This document shows positions 20,329 to 30,327 of a stretch of DNA of 64,000 nucleotides, piece after piece. Under the pieces are notes generated by a model. That model was not told the origin of the DNA. It ran no database searches and was given only the letters and a program-made list of their open reading frames with translations. The position numbers and the translations under genes are program-made. Position 1 is the first letter of the stretch; each line of letters starts with the position of its first letter. Origin of the DNA: Oceanispirochaeta sp. (GTDB lineage: Bacteria > Spirochaetota > Spirochaetia > DSM-2461). The DNA lies in NCBI GenBank assembly GCA_963666275.2, contig CAXXOA010000001.1, forward strand, positions 1,504,001 to 1,568,000. The letters run 5' to 3'.

Positions 20329-21764
20329 TTCAGATCGAAGAAAAATATAGTTATGATGATGTCCTGCTCATACCCGCCTATGCGGATTTTCTGCCGGGAG
20401 AGAGTAATGTAAGAACCAGACTTGCCGGTGATATCTACCTGAATGCGCCCATCATTTCGGCAGCCATGGATACGGTAACGGAGTATCAGATGGCCATCGC
20501 CCTGGCATTGGAAGGGGGCGCCGGTGTTATTCACAGAAACCTTTCTCCCGAAGAACAGGCTGCCCAGGTAGGGCGTGTGAAGAGATATCTGAACTGGGTG
20601 ATTGAAAACCCTGTAACAGTTGAAAGAGGCCAGACCCTCGGAGATGTGGACAAAATCATGCAGGAGACCGGAGTGACCGGTCTGCCCGTACTGGAAAATG
20701 GTAAGCTCTGCGGTATTATCACCAACAGGGATATGAGATTCGCCACGGATTTCTCCATGAGAGTGGAAGATCTGATGACCACCAAACTGATTCTGGAACA
20801 GGGAACGCCTTCTGTTGATTCTGCGGAGAAAAAATTCAATCAGTACAAAATTGAAAAACTGCCGGTTGTAGATAAAGACAATCATCTGACCGGACTGATT
20901 ACCGTGACAGATATGGAGAAACACCGCAGTTATCCCGATGCGGCACTGGACAGTCATGGCAGCCTGATCGCCGGTGCGGCGGTATCCCCCAATGATTTTG
21001 AAAAGAGAATACCTCTTCTTCTTGAAAAACGCTGCGATTTTGTTGTGCTGGATACAGCACACGGAAACAGCTACAGCGTTGTAAAAGCTGTTGAGGATAT
21101 CAAGAAGAAATTCAATATTGCCGTTATCGGCGGAAATGTCTCTGACGGTGACGGAGCCAGAAGGTTGATTGATGCGGGAGCCGATGCTGTTAAAGTCGGT
21201 GTAGGGCCCGGATCCATCTGTACAACACGTATTGTCGCAGGAATCGGTGTTCCCCAGCTTTCAGCAGTTCTTGAATCTGCTGAAGAAGCGGATAAGCACA
21301 ACATTCCCGTCATTGCCGACGGAGGAATCAAGTACTCCGGAGATATCACCAAAGCCGTGGCAGCCGGAGCCAGCACCATTATGATCGGTAACCTTTTTGC
21401 GGGACTGAAAGAAGCTCCCGGTAAGGAAGTCATCTTCGAAGGAAGGATTTTCAAGCAGTACAGAGGTATGGGATCCGTGGGTGCCATCAAGGAAGGAAGC
21501 GGTGACCGCTATCAGATGAAAAAAGATGACGCTCCTGTTCCGGAAGGGATTGAAGGACGGGTCGCCTACAAGGGAGAACTCAAACCTTACCTGAATCAGC
21601 TTGTAACAGGACTGAAAAAAGGTATGGGATATTGCGGATGTCGCAATATTGAGGAATTGCGCTCCTATAAAAAGTTTGTTAAGATTTCCTCTGCCGGTTT
21701 ACGGGAGAGTCATGCCCATGATGTCAGCATTACACAGGAGGCTCCTAACTACAGCCGCTATTAG
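20325..21764 (+). CDS. guaB: IMP dehydrogenase with CBS pair
   Basis: [23 protein letters not shown] and YRGMGS motifs; CBS insertion. Confidence 0.97.
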   Translation: MIQIEEKYSYDDVLLIPAYADFLPGESNVRTRLAGDIYLNAPIISAAMDTVTEYQMAIALALEGGAGVIHRNLSPEEQAAQVGRVKRYLNWVIENPVTVERGQTLGDVDKIMQETGVTGLPVLENGKLCGIITNRDMRFATDFSMRVEDLMTTKLILEQGTPSVDSAEKKFNQYKIEKLPVVDKDNHLTGLITVTDMEKHRSYPDAALDSHGSLIAGAAVSPNDFEKRIPLLLEKRCDFVVLDTAHGNSYSVVKAVEDIKKKFNIAVIGGNVSDGDGARRLIDAGADAVKVGVGPGSICTTRIVAGIGVPQLSAVLESAEEADKHNIPVIADGGIKYSGDITKAVAAGASTIMIGNLFAGLKEAPGKEVIFEGRIFKQYRGMGSVGAIKEGSGDRYQMKKDDAPVPEGIEGRVAYKGELKPYLNQLVTGLKKGMGYCGCRNIEELRSYKKFVKISSAGLRESHAHDVSITQEAPNYSRY

Positions 21765-21814
21765 GCGTAGTCAATTTTTAAATACCGGTCCTAGAAAACT
21801 TTAAGGAAGATTAA

Positions 21815-23047
21815 ATGAAACTTGTTGTTATCGGTGCCCAGTGGGGTGACGAAGGCAAGGGTAAGATGGTGGATTACCTTGCGGAAGATGCGGATCTGGT
21901 TGTCAGATTCTCTGGCGGTGCCAATGCCGGCCATACCATTAAGGTGGGAGAACAGACTTTCAAACTGCATCTTGTTCCCGCTGGTATAATCTATCCGGAA
22001 AAGACGGTTGCCCTGGGCAACGGTATGGTAATTGACCCCGAATCCCTTTTTACCGAACTGTCGGGAATAAAAGATCAGGGTGTTAACTGGGAAGGTCGGG
22101 TTTTTGTCTCCGACAGAGCCCATCTTGTACTGCCGTCTTATAAAGATCTCGATAAAGAGATGGAAAGTAAAAGGGCCAGGCCGATCGGAACAACCGGTCG
22201 GGGTATTGGAATTGCCTACAGCAGAAAAGCTGACAGGGATGGAATTCGCGTGGGAGATCTCTGGGACAAGGTTGTCTGGGACTCCATGAGCGAAGAAGAC
22301 AGGGTCTGGGTACAGCCCTTCAAAGAGCGTCTTGAGAGCATGAAGGTGAACATGGCCGGTTTTATGATGAAACACCGGGACAAGCAGATCCTTCTGGAAG
22401 GCGCTCAGGGGGCTCTCCTCGATTTGGATCACGGAACCTATCCCTATGTTTCCTCCGGAATCTCCACTTCCACAGGAGCCGCTCTGGGCGCTTCTCTGGG
22501 ACCAAAGCACATTGATAAAATTCTCGGCGTCTTCAAAGCCTATCAGACCAGGGTCGGGAACGGTCCTTTCCCCACGGAAATGCTGGCGGAGGGGCCTGAA
22601 CTGGATCTGGGTAACAAGCTGCGGGAGCTGGGACATGAATACGGAACAACAACAGGACGCCCCCGGAGAATCGGTTACCTCGACCTGGTAGCTCTGAAGT
22701 ATGCCGGTTGGGTGAACAGTCTGGACGGTTACATTCTCTCTCATCTGAACCTCTATGACGGATTTGATTCCATTTCCGTCTGTGTGGCCTATGAAATTGA
22801 CGGCCGGGAAATCACGGATTTCCCCTCATCTACAGTTGATCTGGAAAAGGTGAAACCCGTTCTGAAAGAGCTTCCCGGATGGACCGGCAAAGTGGGTGAT
22901 GCCCGCTGCTGGGATGACATCCCCGAAGGGGCGAAAGCTGTTGTGAAATTTATTGAAGATTATACAGAAGTCCCTGTGGCCGGCTACTCTGTCGGTCCTC
23001 TCCGGGACGAAACATTTATGAAGGAGCCTGCGTGGACAAAATCCTGA
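21815..23047 (+). CDS. purA: Adenylosuccinate synthetase (atypical guanine-binding motif SHLN)
   Basis: GAQWGDEGKGK, GGANAGHT, IGTTGRGIG, EGAQG and EYGTTTGRPRR motifs. Confidence 0.95.
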   Translation: MKLVVIGAQWGDEGKGKMVDYLAEDADLVVRFSGGANAGHTIKVGEQTFKLHLVPAGIIYPEKTVALGNGMVIDPESLFTELSGIKDQGVNWEGRVFVSDRAHLVLPSYKDLDKEMESKRARPIGTTGRGIGIAYSRKADRDGIRVGDLWDKVVWDSMSEEDRVWVQPFKERLESMKVNMAGFMMKHRDKQILLEGAQGALLDLDHGTYPYVSSGISTSTGAALGASLGPKHIDKILGVFKAYQTRVGNGPFPTEMLAEGPELDLGNKLRELGHEYGTTTGRPRRIGYLDLVALKYAGWVNSLDGYILSHLNLYDGFDSISVCVAYEIDGREITDFPSSTVDLEKVKPVLKELPGWTGKVGDARCWDDIPEGAKAVVKFIEDYTEVPVAGYSVGPLRDETFMKEPAWTKS

Positions 23048-24585
23048 TTCTGGACTTTGGTGGACAGACCTGTCAGCTTATAGGAAGAAGGATCCGGGAT
23101 TTCGGAGTTTTCTCTGAGATCATTCACGGTGACATTGAACTGACAGATGAGATCATTACTCCCGATGTGAAGGGGATTATTCTTTCGGGATCTCCCTTTT
23201 CCGTATACGAAGAGGGTGCCCCCAAACCTGATCCCCGGGTATTTGAACTGGGGCTGCCCCTTCTGGGCATCTGCTACGGATTTCAGAGAATCACCCAGGA
23301 TTTCGGCGGTGAAGTACTTCCTCTCGAGACAAAAGAGTATGGTAGAACCAAGATTCATCATCTGGAGGAATCTCCTCTGACCGATGAAATTCCCGATAAC
23401 TTTTTCTCCTGGATGAGTCACGGCGACAGTCTGAACTCTTTGGCTCCGGGGTTTACTCTTATCGGGCGGAGTGAAAACAATCATCCCGCTATCGGCTGGC
23501 ACAAGGAGAAAAATTGGTTTGGAATACAGTTCCACCCCGAAGTTACTCACTGTGATTACGGAAACCAGCTCCTTGAAAATTTCTGCTGCAAAATCTGCGG
23601 TGCCTCCAAAGACTGGACACTGGACCTTTTCATCGATCAGGTTTCAGAAAGGATCCGCAAACAGGTCGGCAAAGAAAAGGTTCTGCTTCTGATTTCAGGC
23701 GGTGTGGATTCCACCGTTGCAGGAGGACTCCTTCTGAAAATCCTTGATCCCGAACAGGTCTATCTGATGTATATAGATACAGGCATGATGCGGAAAGGCG
23801 AATCCGATGAGGTGGCAGTGAATCTGCAGAAGCTGGGCGCAACCCATCTTCATCTGATTGATGCCCGGGACAGTTTCCTCACCCCTCTGAAAGGTGTTTC
23901 GGATCCTGAGGAGAAAAGAAAGATCATCGGAGACCGATTTATTCATGTTCAGGAAGAAGAGATCGAAAAGCATATTTCCGGAGAGTATTTCCTGGCTCAG
24001 GGAACTCTCTATACTGACCTCATTGAATCCGGTAAAGGGGTAGGGAACAAAGCCAATGTTATCAAGTCCCATCACAATGTGGGATCTCCTCTTGTGGAAG
24101 CCAAAAGACAGGCCGGTCTGATTGTGGAGCCTCTGGATATGCTCTATAAGGATGAGGTCAGAAGGCTGGGACTGAAACTGGGAATTTCCGAAGACATTGT
24201 CTTCCGTCATCCCTTTCCCGGTCCCGGACTGGGAATCCGGATCCTGGGTGAGGTGACACCGGAAAAATGCCGGATCCTGAGGGATGCTGACGCTATCTAT
24301 ATCTCTGAGCTGAAAGCCCGGGATCTCTATAAAGAGATCTGGCAGGCTTTTTCCGTCCTACTGCCGGTCCGGTCCGTAGGGGTCACGGGAGATGCAAGGG
24401 ATTACGGGTTTGTCCTGGCGCTGCGGGCTGTTGTTTCCCACGATGGTATGACTGCAGATGTCTATGATTTCCCCACAAAAGATCTTCTTGAGATCTCATC
24501 AAAAATAACAAACAAGGTCCCCGAAGTAGGCCGGGTTGTTTACGATATTTCATCAAAACCCCCTGCTACCATTGAGTGGGAATAG
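23032..24585 (+). CDS. guaA: GMP synthase (glutamine-hydrolysing)
   Basis: GICYG, QFHPEV, SGGVDS, KSHHNVG, HPFPGPGL and KPPATIEWE motifs. Confidence 0.98.
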   Translation: MDKILILDFGGQTCQLIGRRIRDFGVFSEIIHGDIELTDEIITPDVKGIILSGSPFSVYEEGAPKPDPRVFELGLPLLGICYGFQRITQDFGGEVLPLETKEYGRTKIHHLEESPLTDEIPDNFFSWMSHGDSLNSLAPGFTLIGRSENNHPAIGWHKEKNWFGIQFHPEVTHCDYGNQLLENFCCKICGASKDWTLDLFIDQVSERIRKQVGKEKVLLLISGGVDSTVAGGLLLKILDPEQVYLMYIDTGMMRKGESDEVAVNLQKLGATHLHLIDARDSFLTPLKGVSDPEEKRKIIGDRFIHVQEEEIEKHISGEYFLAQGTLYTDLIESGKGVGNKANVIKSHHNVGSPLVEAKRQAGLIVEPLDMLYKDEVRRLGLKLGISEDIVFRHPFPGPGLGIRILGEVTPEKCRILRDADAIYISELKARDLYKEIWQAFSVLLPVRSVGVTGDARDYGFVLALRAVVSHDGMTADVYDFPTKDLLEISSKITNKVPEVGRVVYDISSKPPATIEWE

Positions 24586-24775
24586 TTAAGTCCTGTCCTG
24601 TTCTGTCTTTCAGCAGAGACAGAACCGGATTGACTTTCATTTCCTATCTGTTCTTTCCGAACAGACCCTGAATTTTCAAAAAAAAAAAAAATTGTTCATC
24701 CGGGAAAAAAATACATATTTATCTAATCTTCCTATATACTTGTAGTGTACATCAGATTATAAACAGGAAACCTAA

Positions 24776-26647
24776 ATGAAGAAAAAACGCATGGGCTTAA
24801 CGGCAAAAATACTTATCCCATCTGTATTGGGCATACTGATGCTGGGCGGAGTCATCACATTTATTGTCGGCCGGACAATTGTGGGAATGGCTTTAAAAGC
24901 CGTAGAAGATGAAACATCATCGCTGATAAATGCGGCTGAAAATACCCGGGAAGCTATGGCTGCCAAACTTCAGATTGGGTTGATACGGGATTTTGATGAT
25001 CTGGCGGCAACGGGCGACAGGGAGCTCCTGCTCGAAGCCGTACCGATCCTGACCTCTATTGATGCGATTCGTCCCAGAGAGGGGCAGCATTATGAGCTGA
25101 GGGTTCCCAAAGTCAGTCCCCGGAATCCTGAAAATGAGCCGACGGAGCTGGAAGCGCAGGTCCTGCAGGAGCTCAAAGACGGAGATCTCTACGAAAAAAT
25201 GCTTGTCACCAGGGAATCTATCCGTTATTTCCGTCCCATAAGGCTGACAGAAGACTGTCTGTACTGTCATGGGTTTCCCGCAGGAGCTCCGGATCCGATC
25301 GGCGGAATCAAAGAGGGATGGAAAGTAGGGGAGATCCACGGAGCCTATGAGGTCATTTACTCCCTGGCTGCTTCGCGTCAGGAACAGATGTCCAGAATCT
25401 TTCAGATCGTCTCCATTACCATAGGGATCATAATCCTTCTGAACCTATTTCTCCTTAGAATTATACGGAAAGCCCTGAATCCTCTGGGATCCTATATGGA
25501 AAGTTTTACAAAGGCATCAACAGGAGATCTGACAGTCTCTGTTAAATCTAAAACCAATGACGAAATTGGTGTTATTTCAGATTCATTCAATGACTTCATC
25601 TCCTCCCTGAACGGCATGGTTTCGAAGATAAAAAGTGTAACCAGTAAAACCCAATCCATCAGTTCTGATCTTTCCTCGGCTTCAGAAGAGACCGCTGCTG
25701 CCATTGTAGAGATCCGAGCGAATATCAGCAGCATGACTGACAAAATGAAAACCCTGGACAGTGAAGTGGGAAAATCCAAAGATTTTGCCGATACAGTCCG
25801 GGGAGCCATCACTCTTCTGGGCGAACAGATTTCGTCTCAGGCCTCGGCTGTGGAAGAATCATCTGCGGCCATAGAAGAGATTTCCACTTCGATTCAGAAC
25901 ATTGCAAGGACCGCAACCGAGAAACTGAAAATTGCCACAGCCCTGGAAACAACGGCTATGAACGGTGAAACCGAAATGGATGAAACGGTGCAGGTTATCA
26001 GAAAAGTGGCCAATTCGACCTCTGTCATTATGGAGATGAGTTCTGTCATACAGAATATTTCCTCCCAGACAAACCTCCTTGCCATGAATGCGGCCATCGA
26101 AGCCGCCCACGCGGGTGAAGCCGGAAAAGGTTTTGCTGTTGTTGCAGACGAGATCCGCAAACTGGCCGAGGACAGTTCTGAGAGTGCCAGGCAGATCACC
26201 CAGTCCATGAATGAAATCAGTGAGTTTATCCACACCTCAGAAGACGCCACAGAGAGGACAGGGCATACCTTCCATGAAATGGTGACCGCTGTAAAGAATG
26301 TGGCAGCCAGTATGGAGGAGATGAAACATGCTACGGATGAACTTTCCATGGGAAGTTCCCAGATCGTAGAAGCCCTGGGACTGCTTGTCAACATCAGTGA
26401 AGAGGTGAAAGAGTCCTATGCCGAGATGGATTCCAAGGTTGTCAGTATTGCGGATTCCATGTCCACTCTCAATGATATCTCCACTGAGACCAAGTATGGT
26501 ATGGAAGAGATCAATGCGGGGATCAATGAAGTTTCTGCCGGAGCGCAGGTGGTTTCTGAATCCGGAACCCTCAACTCCGAGGCCGTTATGGAACTGGAAA
26601 CACTTATAGGTGAGTTTATTGTCCGCGATGAGGAGTCCCCAGAGTAA
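24776..26647 (+). CDS. Methyl-accepting chemotaxis protein with DUF3365/Tll0287-like heme-c sensor domain
   Basis: TM, sensor ([28 protein letters not shown]), TM, HAMP, then MCP hairpin [34 protein letters not shown]. Confidence 0.92.
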   Translation: MKKKRMGLTAKILIPSVLGILMLGGVITFIVGRTIVGMALKAVEDETSSLINAAENTREAMAAKLQIGLIRDFDDLAATGDRELLLEAVPILTSIDAIRPREGQHYELRVPKVSPRNPENEPTELEAQVLQELKDGDLYEKMLVTRESIRYFRPIRLTEDCLYCHGFPAGAPDPIGGIKEGWKVGEIHGAYEVIYSLAASRQEQMSRIFQIVSITIGIIILLNLFLLRIIRKALNPLGSYMESFTKASTGDLTVSVKSKTNDEIGVISDSFNDFISSLNGMVSKIKSVTSKTQSISSDLSSASEETAAAIVEIRANISSMTDKMKTLDSEVGKSKDFADTVRGAITLLGEQISSQASAVEESSAAIEEISTSIQNIARTATEKLKIATALETTAMNGETEMDETVQVIRKVANSTSVIMEMSSVIQNISSQTNLLAMNAAIEAAHAGEAGKGFAVVADEIRKLAEDSSESARQITQSMNEISEFIHTSEDATERTGHTFHEMVTAVKNVAASMEEMKHATDELSMGSSQIVEALGLLVNISEEVKESYAEMDSKVVSIADSMSTLNDISTETKYGMEEINAGINEVSAGAQVVSESGTLNSEAVMELETLIGEFIVRDEESPE

Positions 26648-26690
26648 TCTGATGGGCATGAATGTGTAAGTTCTCAATGACTTAAAGATC

Positions 26691-26722
26691 AGGGGATGGC
26701 CTATAACCATCCCCTTTTTTTT
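26691..26722 (+). terminator. Intrinsic terminator after the MCP gene
   Basis: AGGGGATGG-N7-CCATCCCCT followed by a T run. Confidence 0.85.
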
Positions 26723-26800
26723 AAGTTGAAAGGAAATTAAGAAAAACCAGATGTCATCCATCGCATATTACTGTATCATTTCTTCTTTAAAGGATGAAAA

Positions 26801-28039
26801 ATGACTGATAGCCGAGAAAAACCTTTCTATAACATAAGTTCGGATGTGGGATCTCTGGAAGCCGTGCTGCTCCATCGTCCCGGAAAGGAACTTGAGAGAC
26901 TGACCCCTCTCTACCTGGAGGAACTTCTTTTCGAGGATATTCCCTGGCTGGGCCGTATGCAGGAGGAGCATGATCTCTTTGCCAAAATGCTTGAAAACCA
27001 GGGTTGTCAGGTCTATTACTACGATACAATGCTTACGGAAATCCTGAAAGATGACTCTGTCAGGGCGCTCCTGATTGAAGATCTTCTGGAGTCTACCGGT
27101 ATAAACCGCCTGAGGGAATCGGAAGCCATAAAGGAGTTTCTGGCTTCAAGAACTCCCCGGGAACTTTCTGATATCTGTATTGCCGGTCTGTATAAAAATG
27201 AAGTTCCCCTTAAAGAGGGGCTGAGAAGCCTGTCCTATCATATTATGGGGGATTATCCATTTTATATATCGCCCCTCCCGAACCTGTATTTTACAAGAGA
27301 TCCCGGGGCTGTGATCGGTCAGGGTATTGCGATCAATTCCATGAAGACCCGGGCCAGAAAGAGGGAAAGCCTCCTTCTCTGGTATATCCATACCTATTTC
27401 AAGGGTGTTGATTCCTCAAGCCGGTCTTTGTGGTTTGACAGAAACTATCCGGAATCCATAGAGGGGGGGGACATTCTCGTTTTGAATAAAAATGTCCTGG
27501 CTATCGGATGTTCTGCCAGAACTTCTGCCGAGGGCATTGAAAAAATCTCAGAAAACCTTATAAATAGTAACTCTCCTATAGAAGAGATTCTTGTCATACA
27601 GATACCCTTTAAAAGGGCTTACATGCATCTGGATACAGTTTTTACCATGCTAGACCGGGATAAGTTCATAATCTACCCCGGAATCCTGGAGGATATCAGA
27701 GTTTTCAGTCTGACCGGGGGAAAACAGGGATTAACTGTGCGATCCGAAAAGGATCTTTCTTCTGCCCTTTGCCGGGCTCTCAAACTGAATCATATAGAAT
27801 TGATTCAGAGCGGGGGAGGCGATAAGATGACTGCTGCCAGAGAGCAGTGGAATGACAGCACCAATACCCTGGCTATCGCACCGGGAAAAGTTGTGACATA
27901 CAGAAGGAATTCTGTGTCAAACGAAACTCTGCGTAACCATGGTGTGGAAGTTTTTGAAATTGACGGCTCGGAACTTGTGAGAGGACGCGGAGGTCCCCGA
28001 TGCATGAGTATGCCATTGCGGCGAAAAGGGCTTGATTGA
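26801..28039 (+). CDS. arcA: Arginine deiminase
   Basis: VLLHRPGKE, LLFEDI, PNLYFTRD, IEGGD, MHLDTV and GGPRCMS motifs. Confidence 0.96.
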   Translation: MTDSREKPFYNISSDVGSLEAVLLHRPGKELERLTPLYLEELLFEDIPWLGRMQEEHDLFAKMLENQGCQVYYYDTMLTEILKDDSVRALLIEDLLESTGINRLRESEAIKEFLASRTPRELSDICIAGLYKNEVPLKEGLRSLSYHIMGDYPFYISPLPNLYFTRDPGAVIGQGIAINSMKTRARKRESLLLWYIHTYFKGVDSSSRSLWFDRNYPESIEGGDILVLNKNVLAIGCSARTSAEGIEKISENLINSNSPIEEILVIQIPFKRAYMHLDTVFTMLDRDKFIIYPGILEDIRVFSLTGGKQGLTVRSEKDLSSALCRALKLNHIELIQSGGGDKMTAAREQWNDSTNTLAIAPGKVVTYRRNSVSNETLRNHGVEVFEIDGSELVRGRGGPRCMSMPLRRKGLD

Positions 28040-28057
28040 TAGATTGCGGAGGTTTTT

Positions 28058-29050
28058 ATGCCAGTTAATTTAAAAGGAAGACATCTTCTGACTCTGAAGG
28101 ATTTCACCCCTGAGGAAATCCGGTATCTGCTGGATCTTTCAATGGATCTGAAAAGAAAAAAGAGAGCGGGTATCCGGGGAAATCTGCTTGACCGGAAAAA
28201 TATCTGTATCATTTTTGAAAAAGCGTCTACCAGAACCCGCTGTGCTTTTGAAACAGCTGTTTATGATGAGGGCGGGCAGGTTACCTTCCTTACCAATAGT
28301 CAGATGGGTAAAAAAGAGTCTATTGAAGATACAGCGAAAGTCCTGGGAAGATTCTATGATGGAATTGAATTCAGAGGATTCGAACAGGCAACCGTTCAGG
28401 CTCTGGCTGATTATTCCGGAGTCTCTGTCTGGAATGGTCTGACAGATCTTTATCATCCCACTCAGATCCTGGCGGATTTTCTGACTCTCATGGAGCACTC
28501 CTCCAAGCCTCTGAACAAGATCAAACTTGTTTATGCGGGAGATGCCAGGAACAACATGGGAAATTCCCTTATGATTGGAGCTGCTAAAATGGGAATGCAT
28601 TTTGTGGCACTGGCTCCGAAAGAACTGTTTCCCTCTGATAAACTGGTCGCGGAAATGAGAGATATTGCAAAACAGACCGGTGCTGTTATTGAACTGTCGG
28701 AGGATCTGGATGTGGTTAAGGGTGCGGATGCCATTTATACCGATGTCTGGGTCTCCATGGGTGAGGAAGCGATGTTTGAACAGAGAATCAAACAGCTCAA
28801 GCCCTACCAGGTTAATATGGATATGATCAGAAGAACTGAAAATGATGATGTCCTGTTTCTGCACTGTCTACCGGCTTTCCACGACACGGAAACTTCTGTG
28901 GGAGCGGAAATCAAGGAGAAATTCGGTCTTGAATCCATGGAAGTGACAGATGAGGTTTTCAGAAGCAGACACTCTGTTGTGTTTGATGAAGCCGAAAACA
29001 GAATGCATACCATTAAAGCTGTGATGGTTGCCACGATCGGAAACCTTTAG
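28058..29050 (+). CDS. argF: Ornithine carbamoyltransferase (probably catabolic, ArcB role)
   Basis: STRTR, HPTQ, WVSMG, HCLP and AENRMH motifs; directly after arcA. Confidence 0.96.
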   Translation: MPVNLKGRHLLTLKDFTPEEIRYLLDLSMDLKRKKRAGIRGNLLDRKNICIIFEKASTRTRCAFETAVYDEGGQVTFLTNSQMGKKESIEDTAKVLGRFYDGIEFRGFEQATVQALADYSGVSVWNGLTDLYHPTQILADFLTLMEHSSKPLNKIKLVYAGDARNNMGNSLMIGAAKMGMHFVALAPKELFPSDKLVAEMRDIAKQTGAVIELSEDLDVVKGADAIYTDVWVSMGEEAMFEQRIKQLKPYQVNMDMIRRTENDDVLFLHCLPAFHDTETSVGAEIKEKFGLESMEVTDEVFRSRHSVVFDEAENRMHTIKAVMVATIGNL

Positions 29051-29070
29051 TTTTCCCATAATGAAATTTT

Positions 29071-29099
29071 ACCGGAGTCATAGGGGCTCCGGTTTTTTT
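29071..29099 (+). terminator. Intrinsic terminator after argF
   Basis: ACCGGAGTC-ATAG-GGGCTCCGGT followed by a T run. Confidence 0.75.
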
Positions 29100-29169
29100 C
29101 ATTTCAAAAGGCCTGCATATAATTCCTGAAAAATCTGCCGATAATGGGAGCAGGAAGGAGTCCCTGTTT

Positions 29170-30321
29170 ATGCCGCAAATTAATAGAAGAGCTACCAGAG
29201 CGGTTATCAATCTTGATCACCTGGCTCATAATCTTGAATGTCTGAGAGAACTGACCGGAGCAGATAAAAAAATCTGTGCTCCCGTCAAAGCGGACGGATA
29301 CGGACATGGCGCTGTGGAAATTGCTGTTAAATCTCTTGAATGCGGAGTGGATTTTCTGGCTGTCGCTACAGTCAATGAAGCTGTCCATCTCAGGGAAGCG
29401 GGCATCAATGCTCCCATTATACTCTTCAGTTCTGCTGTAAAAGCGGAAATTCCGGATCTGATCCAATACGGGCTGACTCCCTTCGTGGGCGACCCTGATT
29501 ATGCTGAGCTTCTCAACAGGGAAGCCTCCAGCCAGGGGCGGGATATCAAAGTTCATCTTAAAATAGATACTGGCATGGGGCGGATCGGAGTGAGTCCGGA
29601 AAATGCTCTCTCTCTGGCCGGGAAAATAGCCGGAATGTCCCATTTGACTCTGGAGGGCTGCTGTACCCATTTTCCTGTTTCGGACAGCCCCGATGAGGGA
29701 GATAAAGCGTTCACCGCCTATCAGATCAAACTTTTTGCCGACACAGTGGCATTCCTTAAAAAGAACGGTATCAATACAGGGATCATCCATGCCGCCAATT
29801 CAGGGGCCGTGCTTTCCTATCCCGAGGCGCATTTCGATATGATCAGACCGGGGATAAGCCTTTACGGATACTATCCTGACCCCCGGATGAAAAAAAATAT
29901 AGCTCTTAAACCGGTTATGCAGCTTACTTCCCGGGTATCCTATATAAAAACTGTTAAGAAAGGGACATCCGTATCCTACGGAAGGACCTGGTATGCATCC
30001 CGGGATACCAGAATCGCAACCATACCCGTTGGTTATGGTGATGGTTACAACAGACTTCTTTCCAACAGAGGCAAGGTCCTTATCAGGGGCCGCACATTTC
30101 CGGTTGTCGGCAGAATCTGTATGGATCAGTTCATGGTGGATCTTGGCGGAGCGGCTGATATCTTGCTCAACGAGGAAGTGGTTCTTTTCGGTTATGCCTC
30201 GGGTGCTGTGACAGCCGAGGATGTGGCCGGTCTGATCGGCACAATCCCCTATGAAGTCACATGCAATATCAATAAACGTGTTCCCCGGGATTATCTGGAG
30301 AGAGATGTCCACAGCTGCTGA
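29170..30321 (+). CDS. alr: Alanine racemase
   Basis: APVKADGYGHG PLP lysine, HLKIDTGMGRIG, RPGISLYG, GYGDG and GRICMDQ motifs. Confidence 0.97.
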   Translation: MPQINRRATRAVINLDHLAHNLECLRELTGADKKICAPVKADGYGHGAVEIAVKSLECGVDFLAVATVNEAVHLREAGINAPIILFSSAVKAEIPDLIQYGLTPFVGDPDYAELLNREASSQGRDIKVHLKIDTGMGRIGVSPENALSLAGKIAGMSHLTLEGCCTHFPVSDSPDEGDKAFTAYQIKLFADTVAFLKKNGINTGIIHAANSGAVLSYPEAHFDMIRPGISLYGYYPDPRMKKNIALKPVMQLTSRVSYIKTVKKGTSVSYGRTWYASRDTRIATIPVGYGDGYNRLLSNRGKVLIRGRTFPVVGRICMDQFMVDLGGAADILLNEEVVLFGYASGAVTAEDVAGLIGTIPYEVTCNINKRVPRDYLERDVHSC

Positions 30322-30327
30322 CAGGCT

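Noticed and set aside
21815..23047. PurZ (2-aminoadenine pathway) assignment
   Set aside because: Retains the PurA Asp in GDEGKG and the Arg in the aspartate loop; housekeeping context with no dATPase, MazZ or phage genes.
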